Shown piece after piece: positions 38,911-48,763 of a stretch of DNA of 64,000 nucleotides (positions are counted from its first letter, which is position 1; each line of letters begins with the position of its first letter). The notes beneath the pieces were generated by a model that saw only the letters and a program-made list of their open reading frames with translations, did no database searches and was not told the DNA's origin. A program made the translations under genes and the position numbers. This stretch comes from Candidatus Poribacteria bacterium (GTDB lineage: Bacteria; Poribacteria; WGA-4E; WGA-3G). The stretch is taken from contig OZ240248.1 in assembly GCA_965198235.1 (NCBI GenBank), positions 4,544,001 to 4,608,000 on the forward strand. Reading direction: 5' to 3'.

Positions 38911-40413
38911 ATGTATTATCCCACGTTGGAAGATTTTCGCGAGGAAGCGAAATCAGGAAACACAATACCGGTATACCGATCGATTATGGCGGATATGGAG
39001 ACACCGGTGTCTGCTTTTTACAAGTTGATGCCAGGTAATTATGCGTTCTTGCTCGAAAGCGTTGAAGGTGGTGAAACCCTTGCGCGTTACTCTTTTTTGG
39101 GGACTCAACCCTCGGTGCTTTTCCATAGTAAAGGGCATCAGGTTACGATTGAGTATTTGGAAAAAGGCGAAACCGTAGTTCAGGAATATGAAGATCCGTT
39201 GAATGCTCTTGAGGAATTGATGCAGAATTACCGGCCTGTTGACACTGAAGAGTTACCAAAATTCCACGGCGGTGCAGTTGGTTATATGAGTTATGACATG
39301 GTGCGCTTCGTTGAGGAATTGCCAGATAATACCGAAGATGAACTGCAGCTTCCGGATTGCTTTTTCATGATTGCCGAGACGATTTTGATATTCGATCATG
39401 TGAACCACCAGATCAAGGTTGTGGCGAACGCGCATATTGATGGAGATGTAGATGGAGCTTATACGGATGCTCTTGCGAAAATTGAGGCATTGGTCGAGAA
39501 ACTTACCGCTGCTTCCGAAGCGCATTTACGCAGGGATAGTGGCGAGCATCAGGAGCGGTATGATAAAATCATATCCAGTCCGCAATCAAATTTCACGAAA
39601 TCCGATTACGAAGCCGCGGTCAGGCGCGCCAAGGAATACATAGCTGCAGGCGACATCATCCAGGTTGTGCCTTCCCAGCGGTTTAGTTGTCCGGTGTCCG
39701 TAGACTCGTTCGAGATATATCGGGCATTGCGAATGGTCAATCCATCACCGTATATGTATTACTTGAAGTTTGATGGTTTTGACATTGTAGGGGCATCACC
39801 CGAAATGATGGTTAGGGTAGAGGACGGAATCGTCCAAACGCGCCCGATTGCGGGCACACTTCCGCGCGGCACAACCGCTGAGGAGGACCGGGAGTTGGAG
39901 CAGAAACTTCTCTCCGATCCGAAGGAACGGGCAGAGCACGTCATGCTCGTTGATTTAGGACGGAACGACCTCGGTCGGGTCTGTGAATATCACACCGTTG
40001 AGGTGACTGACTTTATGATAGTCGAGCGTTTCTCACACGTGATGCACATCGTTTCACATGTCATTGGACGATTACGCGAAGATCTCACGGCTTTTGATGT
40101 TCTGCGCGCGTGCCTTCCCGCTGGGACACTCTCTGGTGCCCCGAAGATACGCGCAATGGAAATCATTGATGAACTCGAGCCGACACGTCGGAGTACGTAC
40201 GGCGGAACGGTGGGTTATTTCAGTTTTTCCGGCAGTGCAGACACGGCGATTACTATCCGAACCGCGGTTATCAAAGATAGCACCGCTTATGTGCAAGCTG
40301 GTGGTGGTATCGTTGCGGATTCAGTACCTGAAACTGAGTATTACGAAACCGTGAGTAAAGCGCGAGCAATGCTTAGTGCTATTGCATTGGCAGAACAAGG
40401 TTTCTTATTGTAA
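38911..40413 (+). CDS. trpE: Anthranilate synthase component I
   Basis: [52 protein letters not shown]; AAGGAG SD before ATG 38911. Confidence 0.95.
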   Translation: MYYPTLEDFREEAKSGNTIPVYRSIMADMETPVSAFYKLMPGNYAFLLESVEGGETLARYSFLGTQPSVLFHSKGHQVTIEYLEKGETVVQEYEDPLNALEELMQNYRPVDTEELPKFHGGAVGYMSYDMVRFVEELPDNTEDELQLPDCFFMIAETILIFDHVNHQIKVVANAHIDGDVDGAYTDALAKIEALVEKLTAASEAHLRRDSGEHQERYDKIISSPQSNFTKSDYEAAVRRAKEYIAAGDIIQVVPSQRFSCPVSVDSFEIYRALRMVNPSPYMYYLKFDGFDIVGASPEMMVRVEDGIVQTRPIAGTLPRGTTAEEDRELEQKLLSDPKERAEHVMLVDLGRNDLGRVCEYHTVEVTDFMIVERFSHVMHIVSHVIGRLREDLTAFDVLRACLPAGTLSGAPKIRAMEIIDELEPTRRSTYGGTVGYFSFSGSADTAITIRTAVIKDSTAYVQAGGGIVADSVPETEYYETVSKARAMLSAIALAEQGFLL

Positions 40414-40418
40414 AAGAC

Positions 40419-40531
40419 TTGGGTGGAAGGACGAAAGGGGAAGGAAGACCCTCGGATGGAAGGCTGAAAGAAAGGACAGATGGGTGCCCAGTCTTCCACC
40501 CGTCCAGTTTTCTCTCCCAATCTTCCATTCC
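40419..40531. repeat. GGAAGG / CTTCCA inverted repeat cluster
   Basis: Purine-rich tggaagg units followed by complementary tcttcca units between trpE and trpG. Confidence 0.5.
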
Positions 40532-40546
40532 ATTAAGGAGGAAAAG

Positions 40547-41110
40547 ATGGTTTTAATGATTGATAACTATGACTCCTTTACCTATAATTTGGTGCAGTAT
40601 TTGGGTGAACTCGGTGCTGACTTGGAGGTTCATCGGAGTCGAAAAATAGGATTGGATGCATTAGATGAACTGAATCCTGAACGGATTGTTATTTCACCCG
40701 GTCCTTGCACGCCGAAAGAAGCGGGTATATCTAACGATGTGATAAAGCACTTCGCTGGCAAAGTTCCGATTTTAGGCGTCTGCCTTGGTCATCAGTGCAT
40801 CGGGGACGCGTTCGGTGGTGAAGTCGTTAAAGCAGATCGATTGATGCACGGTAAAACCTCAATGATCGTACATAATGAGGTTGAGCTTTTCGAGGGGTTG
40901 GATAACCCATTCGAAGCCACGCGCTACCATTCGCTTATCGTAAAAAGAGAGACGCTGCCGGATTGCCTTGAGGTTACCGCTTGGACGGATCAGGATGAAA
41001 TCATGGGGCTTCGGCATAGAACCTTGCCTATCTGGGGTGTGCAGTTCCATCCAGAGTCGATTTTGACGGCTGCTGGAAAGAGTTTACTCTCCAACTTTCT
41101 GGCATTGTAA
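40547..41110 (+). CDS. trpG: Anthranilate/aminodeoxychorismate synthase glutamine amidotransferase component II
   Basis: [36 protein letters not shown]; AAGGAGG SD. Confidence 0.93.
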   Translation: MVLMIDNYDSFTYNLVQYLGELGADLEVHRSRKIGLDALDELNPERIVISPGPCTPKEAGISNDVIKHFAGKVPILGVCLGHQCIGDAFGGEVVKADRLMHGKTSMIVHNEVELFEGLDNPFEATRYHSLIVKRETLPDCLEVTAWTDQDEIMGLRHRTLPIWGVQFHPESILTAAGKSLLSNFLAL

Positions 41111-41156
41111 ATGTGGTTTGAAAAGCAGAAAGGTTTAATATGACAAAACAGGTGAA

Positions 41157-41987
41157 TTAGCGCGTTGATTTTAGCCACTTCTGCACTCGCGCAAGTTTAT
41201 CGGGTGGAATGTGTGAGGTGTTCGCGTCTGTGGGGAATGTGCTGTTCGCTACCTCTTCTTTATACCGGCAGATTGCTTCAAAAGTCAGCTGACTGTAATC
41301 TTGATAGCGTTTGGCGTGTTTGAGTGGGGGACCTATGCCTAATATATCGTTGATAACGAGTACTTGCCCGTCACAGAATCGTCCTGCGCCAATACCGATG
41401 GTCGGAATATTAAGCTTATCCGTTATGATTTGACTTACCTCTTCAGTGATTTTCTCAAGGACGATGAGTTTCGCGCCAGCGGCTGCGAGTGCTTCTGCCG
41501 CTTCAATGAGTCGTTTCGCTCTGGCAAAAGTTTTTCCGTGGGTTGATGCCTTGGTGCCGTGGATTTGCGGATTGTGTCCGATGTGCGCACAGGTATCTAT
41601 ACCGTGTTCGGTGAGTGCGGTAACAATGGGGACCTTTTCTGGACCACCTTCCAATTTAACACCGTCTGCTCCATCAGATATAAAGAGTTTCGCATTTGTG
41701 ACGGCTTGCGTCACATCGCGATCTGCGGCGTATGGCATATCAACGAGGAGGTAAGCGTCTGTCACACCTCGGCGTACTGCTTTGAGGTGGTGACGCATAT
41801 CTGCCATCGTCACCTCCGTCTCGTTTTTGTAGCCGAGAACGTTGGTTCCAACGCTGTCGCCAACGAAGACGATATCGATGCCCGCCTCGTCTTGCAAACA
41901 AGCGGTAGGATAGTCGTAACAGGTCAACACAGTAATCGGTTGCTGTTCCTGTTTTTTGGTGTGCAGATAAGCGATGTTTTTCTTCAC
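41157..41987 (-). CDS. panB: 3-methyl-2-oxobutanoate hydroxymethyltransferase
   Basis: LTCYDY, VGDSVG, DMPY, VKLEGG, IGIGAG..CDGQVLV. Confidence 0.96.
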   Translation of the reverse strand: MKKNIAYLHTKKQEQQPITVLTCYDYPTACLQDEAGIDIVFVGDSVGTNVLGYKNETEVTMADMRHHLKAVRRGVTDAYLLVDMPYAADRDVTQAVTNAKLFISDGADGVKLEGGPEKVPIVTALTEHGIDTCAHIGHNPQIHGTKASTHGKTFARAKRLIEAAEALAAAGAKLIVLEKITEEVSQIITDKLNIPTIGIGAGRFCDGQVLVINDILGIGPPLKHAKRYQDYSQLTFEAICRYKEEVANSTFPTDANTSHIPPDKLARVQKWLKSTR

Positions 41988-42008
41988 TTTTTAAATTATT
42001 AACTTCTG

Positions 42009-42209
42009 TTAACCATCAACTCGTGCTTTAACATCTATAATGGAGTCGAGTTGATGGTTAAACTGCTCCAAATGTAAAGCAAAGACAAATTATGCCATTT
42101 AAGGAAACCTAATTTCATTCCGCAGTGGTTTTCGTTTTTTTAAGCTATTGAATTTGTTAACCATCAACTCGTGCTTTAATATTTATAACGGAGTCGAGCT
42201 GATGGTTAA
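42009..42209. repeat. Duplicated 53-bp palindrome (42009-42061, 42157-42209)
   Basis: TTAACCATCAACTCG-23 nt-CGAG(T/C)TGATGGTTAA in both copies. Confidence 0.85.
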
Positions 42210-42210
42210 A

Positions 42211-42363
42211 CCGTTCCACTTCGTTTCACGGTGGTTTTCGGCTAAATCCAACCATCTCTGGGTTATGATGGGTTCTCCTACCCTCTTAAAAACCGTCCAC
42301 CTCCCCGGGCACATCGGAATTAACCAGACACCATCGTGGAACGTAGTGGAACGATGCCCAGAT
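42211..42363. repeat. MITE-like element with imperfect terminal inverted repeats; related copy at 44788-44852
   Basis: ccgttccacttcgtttcacggtggttttcgg...ctgggttat recurs at 44797-44852; 42316-42363 is a reverse-complement relative. Confidence 0.7.
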
Positions 42364-43239
42364 TCAACTAATTAAAAATTCTGCTACGGTTTCTCCAATA
42401 GTGGCGAGGCTATCGGCAACAGCGATTCCGGCATCTTTGAGTGCTCGAATTTTATCAGCGGCTGTGCCTTGTCCACCGGAGATAATCGCACCCGCATGTC
42501 CCATCCGCTTTCCGGGTGGCGCGGTCTGCCCAGCAATAAAACCGACAACAGGTTTCGTCATTTCGTTTTTCACAAACTGCGCTGCTTTTTCCTCAGCCGT
42601 TCCACCGATTTCACCTATTAAGACGATGGCGTGTGTGTCGTCGTCCGCTTCAAAAAGCTTGAGGACATCAATGAAGTTTGTCCCAATCACCGGATCGCCA
42701 CCAATGCCGACACAGGTGGACTGCCCAATACCGAGTCGCTTCAGTTGATATGCGGCTTCGTAAGTCAAGGTACCGCTTCGGGAGACGATCCCAACGTTGC
42801 CGGGTGTATAGGCAAACTCAGGCATAACGCCGATTTTGCATTCACCGGGTGTGATGACACCAGGACAGTTCGGTCCGATTAATCGGGTCGATTTTCCTTG
42901 AAGGAACGCCTTTGCTTTGACCATATCGAGAACAGGAATGTGTTCGGAGATGCAGACAATCAGTTCGACACCTGCTTCTGCCGCTTCCATGACGGAGTCT
43001 GCCGCGTTGAAACGGGCGGGGACGAAAATCAGCGAGGTATCCGCTCCTGTTGCTGCAACCCCATCTGCCACAGTGTCATACACAGGGATGCCATTCACAT
43101 CAGACCCACCTCTGCCGGGGACAGCACCCGCAACAATCTGGCTGCCGTAAGCCGCGCACTGTTCTGTGTGAAAGCGTCCAGAACGACCTGTGATGCCTTG
43201 AACGAGTACTTTTGTATTTTTGTTAACGAGTATACTCAT
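42364..43239 (-). CDS. sucD: Succinyl-CoA synthetase alpha subunit
   Basis: MSILVN...[35 protein letters not shown]. Confidence 0.97.
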   Translation of the reverse strand: MSILVNKNTKVLVQGITGRSGRFHTEQCAAYGSQIVAGAVPGRGGSDVNGIPVYDTVADGVAATGADTSLIFVPARFNAADSVMEAAEAGVELIVCISEHIPVLDMVKAKAFLQGKSTRLIGPNCPGVITPGECKIGVMPEFAYTPGNVGIVSRSGTLTYEAAYQLKRLGIGQSTCVGIGGDPVIGTNFIDVLKLFEADDDTHAIVLIGEIGGTAEEKAAQFVKNEMTKPVVGFIAGQTAPPGKRMGHAGAIISGGQGTAADKIRALKDAGIAVADSLATIGETVAEFLIS

Positions 43240-43335
43240 GTTTTTTTTAAATATACCGATTTTCCAGATGTTGCCCCAATCCGGTGATCGAGGCAACAAG
43301 GTGTTTTTGCTTGGGTGTTTCCAACGTGTTTTGGT

Positions 43336-44772
43336 TTAATAAGCGCGAGCAAAGACAGCAACTTCTTTCGCAGATTTACCGCAGATAATACATTCGCCAT
43401 CTCCACCGGGTTGTTCCATCGGGAGGCATCGGATAGTCGCCTGTGTATCTTCTCTGGCTTGCTCCTCACAGGCTGCATCGCCACACCAGCGTGCGTATGC
43501 AAATCCATCTTCGATAACCTCTTTAAAGGCGTCATAGGTGGTAGGTTTAAAGGTATTCGTATCGCGGAAGTCTATTGCCCGTTTGAGCATATCCGCCTGA
43601 ATGGTGTCAAGCATCTGCTTCACCGTCTCGGCAGCATCGTCAATCGGCACAAATGTTTTGCCTTCCTTACCGGGTCTATCACGTCGTGCAAGAACAATCT
43701 GCTGTTTGCTCAAATCACGGGGACCGATCTCTATGCGTAACGGCACGCCTCTGAGTTCCCATTCGTTGAATCGCCAACCGAGTGAGTGATCGTGTCTATC
43801 GTCAACGTGGTAGCGAACACTGCCCAAGGTTTCGCAGATGCCGTCAACGGCTTGCATGACGGCTTGTTTATCGCTGTCGTTATTTTTAGGAACGATTGGC
43901 ACAATGACGAGTTGAGTGGGTGCGAGTCTTGGTGGTAGAACTAACCCTTGGTCGTCCCCGTGTGTCATGATAATCGCACCGATCATTCGAGTGCTCACCC
44001 CCCAGCTGGTTGTCCAGCAGTGCTGCTGTTTCTGGTTTGCATCGAGATACTGAATATCAAAGGCTTTGGCGAAGTTCTGCCCTAAGTCGTGTGAAGTGCC
44101 AGTTTGGAGGGCGCGTTTATCACCCATCATTGCTTCGATGGTATAGGAGGTTAGCGCGCCGGGAAACCTTTCACTTTCACTTTTACGTCCAGGGATGACG
44201 GGTATCGCAGCTTCATTGATTGCAAAATCGGCGTAGAGGTCCAGGATGCGTAGGGTCTCTTCTTCAGCCTCCTCATGCGTTGCGTGAGCGGTATGTCCTT
44301 CTTGCCAGAAGAATTCCATCGTCCTTAGAAAGAGACGAGTACGCAATTCCCATCGGACTACGTTCGCCCATTGATTGATAAGTACTGGTAGATCTCGGTA
44401 GGACTGAATCCACTGGCTGTACATGTAACCGATAATGGTTTCAGATGTCGGTCGCACCACAAGCGGGTCTTCCAGTTTCTTTCCACCGCCGTGGGTGACA
44501 ACAGCGAGTTCTGGTTTAAAGCCCTTGACGTGTTCCGCTTCTTTTTCAATGAAACTCATCGGAATGAAGAGCGGGAAGGCGGCATTTTGGTGTCCCGTTT
44601 CTTTGAACCGGGTATCCAATTGTTCTTTGACGTTTTCCCAGAGCGCGTAGCCGTAAGGACGGACTACCATACATCCGCGCACAGGGGCGTAGTCAGCCAT
44701 CTCTGCTTGACGGATGACCTGAGTATACCATTTTGCGTAGTCTTCACTACGGGGAACTATTTTATCAAACAT
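43336..44772 (-). CDS. proS: Prolyl-tRNA synthetase (archaeal/eukaryote-like type)
   Basis: VRPTSET, QWANVVRWE, FLRT.EF.WQEGH, C-terminal Zn-binding CIICG and FARAY. Confidence 0.96.
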   Translation of the reverse strand: MFDKIVPRSEDYAKWYTQVIRQAEMADYAPVRGCMVVRPYGYALWENVKEQLDTRFKETGHQNAAFPLFIPMSFIEKEAEHVKGFKPELAVVTHGGGKKLEDPLVVRPTSETIIGYMYSQWIQSYRDLPVLINQWANVVRWELRTRLFLRTMEFFWQEGHTAHATHEEAEEETLRILDLYADFAINEAAIPVIPGRKSESERFPGALTSYTIEAMMGDKRALQTGTSHDLGQNFAKAFDIQYLDANQKQQHCWTTSWGVSTRMIGAIIMTHGDDQGLVLPPRLAPTQLVIVPIVPKNNDSDKQAVMQAVDGICETLGSVRYHVDDRHDHSLGWRFNEWELRGVPLRIEIGPRDLSKQQIVLARRDRPGKEGKTFVPIDDAAETVKQMLDTIQADMLKRAIDFRDTNTFKPTTYDAFKEVIEDGFAYARWCGDAACEEQAREDTQATIRCLPMEQPGGDGECIICGKSAKEVAVFARAY

Positions 44773-44868
44773 TTTTTTAACTATTAGATCTGGTCACCGT
44801 TCCACTTCATTTCACGGTGGTTTTCGGTTAATTCCAATCGCCTCTGGGTTATATAGTTTAAAGAATCG

Positions 44869-46059
44869 TTAAAAATCTGTTAAAGCAATGATGCCCGGTA
44901 GAGACTTACCTTCTAAAAACTCTAAGGAGGCACCGCCTCCAGTTGAGATATGCGTCATTCGATCCGCGACACCGGCTTGTTGTATCGCCGCGACACAGTC
45001 TCCACCGCCAATAATGCTCACTGATTCTGAATCTGCAATCTGTTTTGCAATCGAAACTGTGCCTTGTGCGAACTTCTCAAATTCATAGACCCCTAAAGGT
45101 CCATTCCACACCACAGTTTCTGCTGTTTCAATCTGCTTACCAAACGCCGATACGGTTTCGGGACCGATATCCAATCCTTGCCAACCCTCCGGGATATTTC
45201 CTTTGTCCACAATCTGTGATTCGGTTTCAGGGTCAAAGGCTTTTCCCACGACATGGTCCAGCGGTAGTAGGACGGAATCCGAGAAGCCTTCTCTTTCGGA
45301 CAACGATTTTGCAACATCAAGTTTTTCAGTTTCGACAATTGAGTTGCCAATACTAAATCCCATCGCCGACAGAAATGTATATGCCATACCTCCACCGATG
45401 AGAAGTTTATCAACCTTTCCAAGGAGGTTCTCGATCAGCGTGATTTTGTCGGATATTTTCGCACCACCGAGGATAGCGACATAGGGACGTGCAGGATCTT
45501 CAAGGGTGGTGCTGAGATAATAGATTTCGCGTGCCATCAAGAGTCCAACGACACACGGGCTGAGATAGTGGGTTACTCCCTCCGTTGATGCGTGGGCACG
45601 ATGTGCTGTACCAAATGCGTCATTCACATAAATATCCGCGAGTGAGGCAAGTTGCGCAGCGAATGCCGTGTCGTTCGCAGTTTCCTCGGCATAGAATCGG
45701 ACATTCTCAAGGAGTAGAACTTCTCCGTTACGCATTGACGCAACGGCACTTTGCACCGACTCACCGATGCAATCGTTGACATGTGCCACACGTGTACCGA
45801 GTTTGCGGCTAAGAGCTACGGCGATTGGTTCAGTCGAAAGCGTTTTCCGGTCAGTTGCCGAACCTACCTCGGGCCTACCTAAATGTGTTACAAGGATAAT
45901 TTTGGCATCAGCGTTGATGAGTGCTAAGAGTGTCGGCAAAGCGGCGGTGATACGGGTTTCGTCTGTAATCCTCCCATCTTTCATCGGGACATTGAAATCC
46001 ACCCGTAAGAGAACGCGTTTCCCACTAACGTCTATATCCTTTAATTCGAGTTTTTCCAT
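44869..46059 (-). CDS. pgk: Phosphoglycerate kinase
   Basis: RVDFNVP, HLGRP, LLENVRF, NDAFGTAHRAHAS, STGGGASLE. Confidence 0.98.
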   Translation of the reverse strand: MEKLELKDIDVSGKRVLLRVDFNVPMKDGRITDETRITAALPTLLALINADAKIILVTHLGRPEVGSATDRKTLSTEPIAVALSRKLGTRVAHVNDCIGESVQSAVASMRNGEVLLLENVRFYAEETANDTAFAAQLASLADIYVNDAFGTAHRAHASTEGVTHYLSPCVVGLLMAREIYYLSTTLEDPARPYVAILGGAKISDKITLIENLLGKVDKLLIGGGMAYTFLSAMGFSIGNSIVETEKLDVAKSLSEREGFSDSVLLPLDHVVGKAFDPETESQIVDKGNIPEGWQGLDIGPETVSAFGKQIETAETVVWNGPLGVYEFEKFAQGTVSIAKQIADSESVSIIGGGDCVAAIQQAGVADRMTHISTGGGASLEFLEGKSLPGIIALTDF

Positions 46060-46179
46060 ATTTTTAACAATTGGGTTTCTGCACGGTTTTGTCCGCCCCC
46101 TCCGAGTAACGGATGGGGACTTCTGTCCAAAACCGGTTTTCTATCAATTCGGACGGTTATGTCGCTAATTGCCTTATTT

Positions 46180-47364
46180 TTATGCGGGGTTCGCCGCCTC
46201 TACTGCCAGTTGTGCGGCTTCAGAGAGCCCTTCTGCTTGTTGAACGTTCAAATCCGATTCGGCAATGATCTGTTTTCCAAGCTCCACGTTTGTCCCTTCT
46301 AACCGAACCACAAGCGGGACACTGAGTTCGACCTGTTTTGCGGCTTCGAGGATGCCGTTTGCGATTGTGTCGCATTTCATGATGCCGCCAAAGATGTTAA
46401 CGAGAACAGCCTTCACGTTTTCGTCTGCGAGGATGAGACGGAACGCGTGTGCAACTGCTTCTACAGATGCGCCACCACCGACATCAAGGAAGTTTGCCGG
46501 TTCGCCGCCGTTCTGTTTGATGATGTCCATTGTTGCCATAGCGAGTCCTGCGCCGTTCACCATGCAACCGATATCGCCATCAAGACGGATGTAACTTAAA
46601 CCTGATTCGCTTGCTTCTAATTCACTCGGATCTTCTTCGTATGGATCACGCATCTCAGCTATATCGGGATGTCGCCAGAGTGAGTTGTCATCAAGGTTTA
46701 CCTTGGAATCGAGGGCGACAATGTCTAATTCGTCATCCGTTTTTACAATTGCCAGGGGATTAATCTCTACCAACGAACAGTCGCATTCAGTAAACGCATC
46801 ATAAAGCGACAAAATCAATTTGGTGGCGTTCGGGATAACAGAGCGGTAGTTTATATCGGTGATGAGTTTGTATGCGAACTCCCGCGCTTGAAACTCAGTT
46901 AATCCGAAGGCTGGGTGAACCTTCGCCTTAATAATCTTTTCAGGGGTTTGTGCCGCAACCTCCTCAATGTTAACACCCCCCTCTTCGCTTCCGATTAAGG
47001 TGAGTCGTGACGTTTCCCGATCGAGCAATATGGCGAGGTAGAACTCTTTCTCTATTTCTGCGGCTTCAGCGATTAGCACTTTATGAACACGCTTCCCTTC
47101 AGGACCGGTCTGGGGTGTCACCAGTTGCATCCCGAGAATAGCGTCGGCGTGTTGTTTAACTTCGGCGGGTGAATTTGCGAGTTTGACTCCGCCACCCTTT
47201 CCACGCCCACCAGCATGGATCTGTGCCTTGATAACGTATGTGGAACAACTGAGTTTCTCTGCGATCACTTCGGCTTCCTCTGGCGTTTCGGCGACCTTAC
47301 CGGGTAGCGTATTGACACCATAGGATTCTAAGATTTGTCTGGCTTGATATTCGTGGATGTTCAT
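46180..47364 (-). CDS. sucC: Succinyl-CoA synthetase beta subunit
   Basis: [45 protein letters not shown]. Confidence 0.98.
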   Translation of the reverse strand: MNIHEYQARQILESYGVNTLPGKVAETPEEAEVIAEKLSCSTYVIKAQIHAGGRGKGGGVKLANSPAEVKQHADAILGMQLVTPQTGPEGKRVHKVLIAEAAEIEKEFYLAILLDRETSRLTLIGSEEGGVNIEEVAAQTPEKIIKAKVHPAFGLTEFQAREFAYKLITDINYRSVIPNATKLILSLYDAFTECDCSLVEINPLAIVKTDDELDIVALDSKVNLDDNSLWRHPDIAEMRDPYEEDPSELEASESGLSYIRLDGDIGCMVNGAGLAMATMDIIKQNGGEPANFLDVGGGASVEAVAHAFRLILADENVKAVLVNIFGGIMKCDTIANGILEAAKQVELSVPLVVRLEGTNVELGKQIIAESDLNVQQAEGLSEAAQLAVEAANPA

Positions 47365-47614
47365 CTTTTGTATAGTTTTCGGTGAAGCTCCTTTGGCACT
47401 TGTAATTACTGGTATTTTTTGTGAGTGTGTTTCAGACTCATGTATTTAGAAATTATACTATACTTGAGAGAAAATTGCAAGTTTTTCAGGTTTGTTGGTA
47501 TTACTGGATACTTTCAATATTTCTTTTAAGCAAGAGTTGATTCCACACCAATTTTGTGTTATACTATTTGCGGTAGTTTCAACCTCATGGAGAATAGAGA
47601 AGGGGAGTAATTCT

Positions 47615-48598
47615 ATGAAGCAGCAAATCAACAGCGTGAAACGCATAATATCGCGAACTGCCCAAACATCTGCAACAGAATTGCTAAATGCGTCTTCAAA
47701 AGTAGAGCATGTTGGGCGTGGAACAATCTTAGAGGCCTCAAACATAGTAAAATCGCAAGTTAGCAGAACTTGCGGTCTAGTTAAAGATAAACTGTCAGAT
47801 CTGAACTTGAAGCAGGTGGAATGGGTCGTGCCAGCGACAGTTGTGGGAAATTTGAATGCCGCAGTACCTTGTATGTTAAAAGACCTTCCACGAGTTGCCA
47901 AATCCCTTGCGATCAGGGCGGGTGGCATAGCTCCAGACAAACTATTCAACCGGATACCTGTTGGTGTGAAATTGACGGAAGAGAGCATTGTGGAGTTTCT
48001 AAGAATTCACGATGTGAGTCATCGTATTTCAATCAAGAATGCACCGACAAAAGCAGGCGACATTGACAACGTCATTTTTGAGATTGCTTCGAGGAACCGT
48101 GTACGTGGATCGAATAACATGACTCGCACCGAATTTCAGAGTGCTCGGTTCAGCAATACTATCGCGGGCATAAAATGTGGCTTTAAAACTGCTGTAGGCA
48201 CTGCAGCCAAAGGGGCACTATTCGGTGCCTTATTAGAGCTGCCTATAACTTGCATTGAGAACGCGTTGCACGTCAGAAACAACCGAAAATCAGTGAAAGA
48301 TGCCCGTGCAGATGCAGCAAGAGACATTGGCATAAGTGCTGGATTTGCAGGTGCGGCTGCAGGTGCTTTCACAGGTTTGAGTTTACTTGGTGTGACATTG
48401 GGCCCTGCTGCTATACCTTTGGCTATTGTTGGCGGTGCTGTGTACACTTGGTCAGCGGCAGACAGAATTTGGAAAGCGTTAGATGATACAACGCAGAAGA
48501 AGTTGATGAATTCTAATCCAATGCTGTTCCTAACATCGGTTGCTTGCCTTGAGGACGGACACCAAGATAGGTCTGCGTTGAAGATGTTGCCTGAATAG
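47615..48598 (+). CDS. Hypothetical protein with HNH-like core and C-terminal Gly/Ala-rich hydrophobic helices
   Basis: DVSHRISIKNAP..AGD..NVIFE....NR.RG; C-terminal GAAAGAFTGLSLLGVTLGPAAIPLAIVGG; GGGGAG SD. Confidence 0.55.
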   Translation: MKQQINSVKRIISRTAQTSATELLNASSKVEHVGRGTILEASNIVKSQVSRTCGLVKDKLSDLNLKQVEWVVPATVVGNLNAAVPCMLKDLPRVAKSLAIRAGGIAPDKLFNRIPVGVKLTEESIVEFLRIHDVSHRISIKNAPTKAGDIDNVIFEIASRNRVRGSNNMTRTEFQSARFSNTIAGIKCGFKTAVGTAAKGALFGALLELPITCIENALHVRNNRKSVKDARADAARDIGISAGFAGAAAGAFTGLSLLGVTLGPAAIPLAIVGGAVYTWSAADRIWKALDDTTQKKLMNSNPMLFLTSVACLEDGHQDRSALKMLPE

Positions 48599-48763
48599 AT
48601 TAGTTTCGTAGGCGAGATTTCTAACTTCCTACTTTCTCTAATTTGGTTTTTCTGTAGATCCGAGATTCAGAAAACATAAAGATGTCGTCCTAATTCAGGG
48701 CCCAGCGTCCTCAAGGTACTAAGTAGGATTTGCATGGTTTTTTGAGAGACAGGATATACGACA

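Noticed and set aside
42009-42209. Possible CRISPR repeat-spacer-repeat
   Set aside because: 53-bp repeats with a 95-bp gap, two copies only, and the gap contains other repeat debris.
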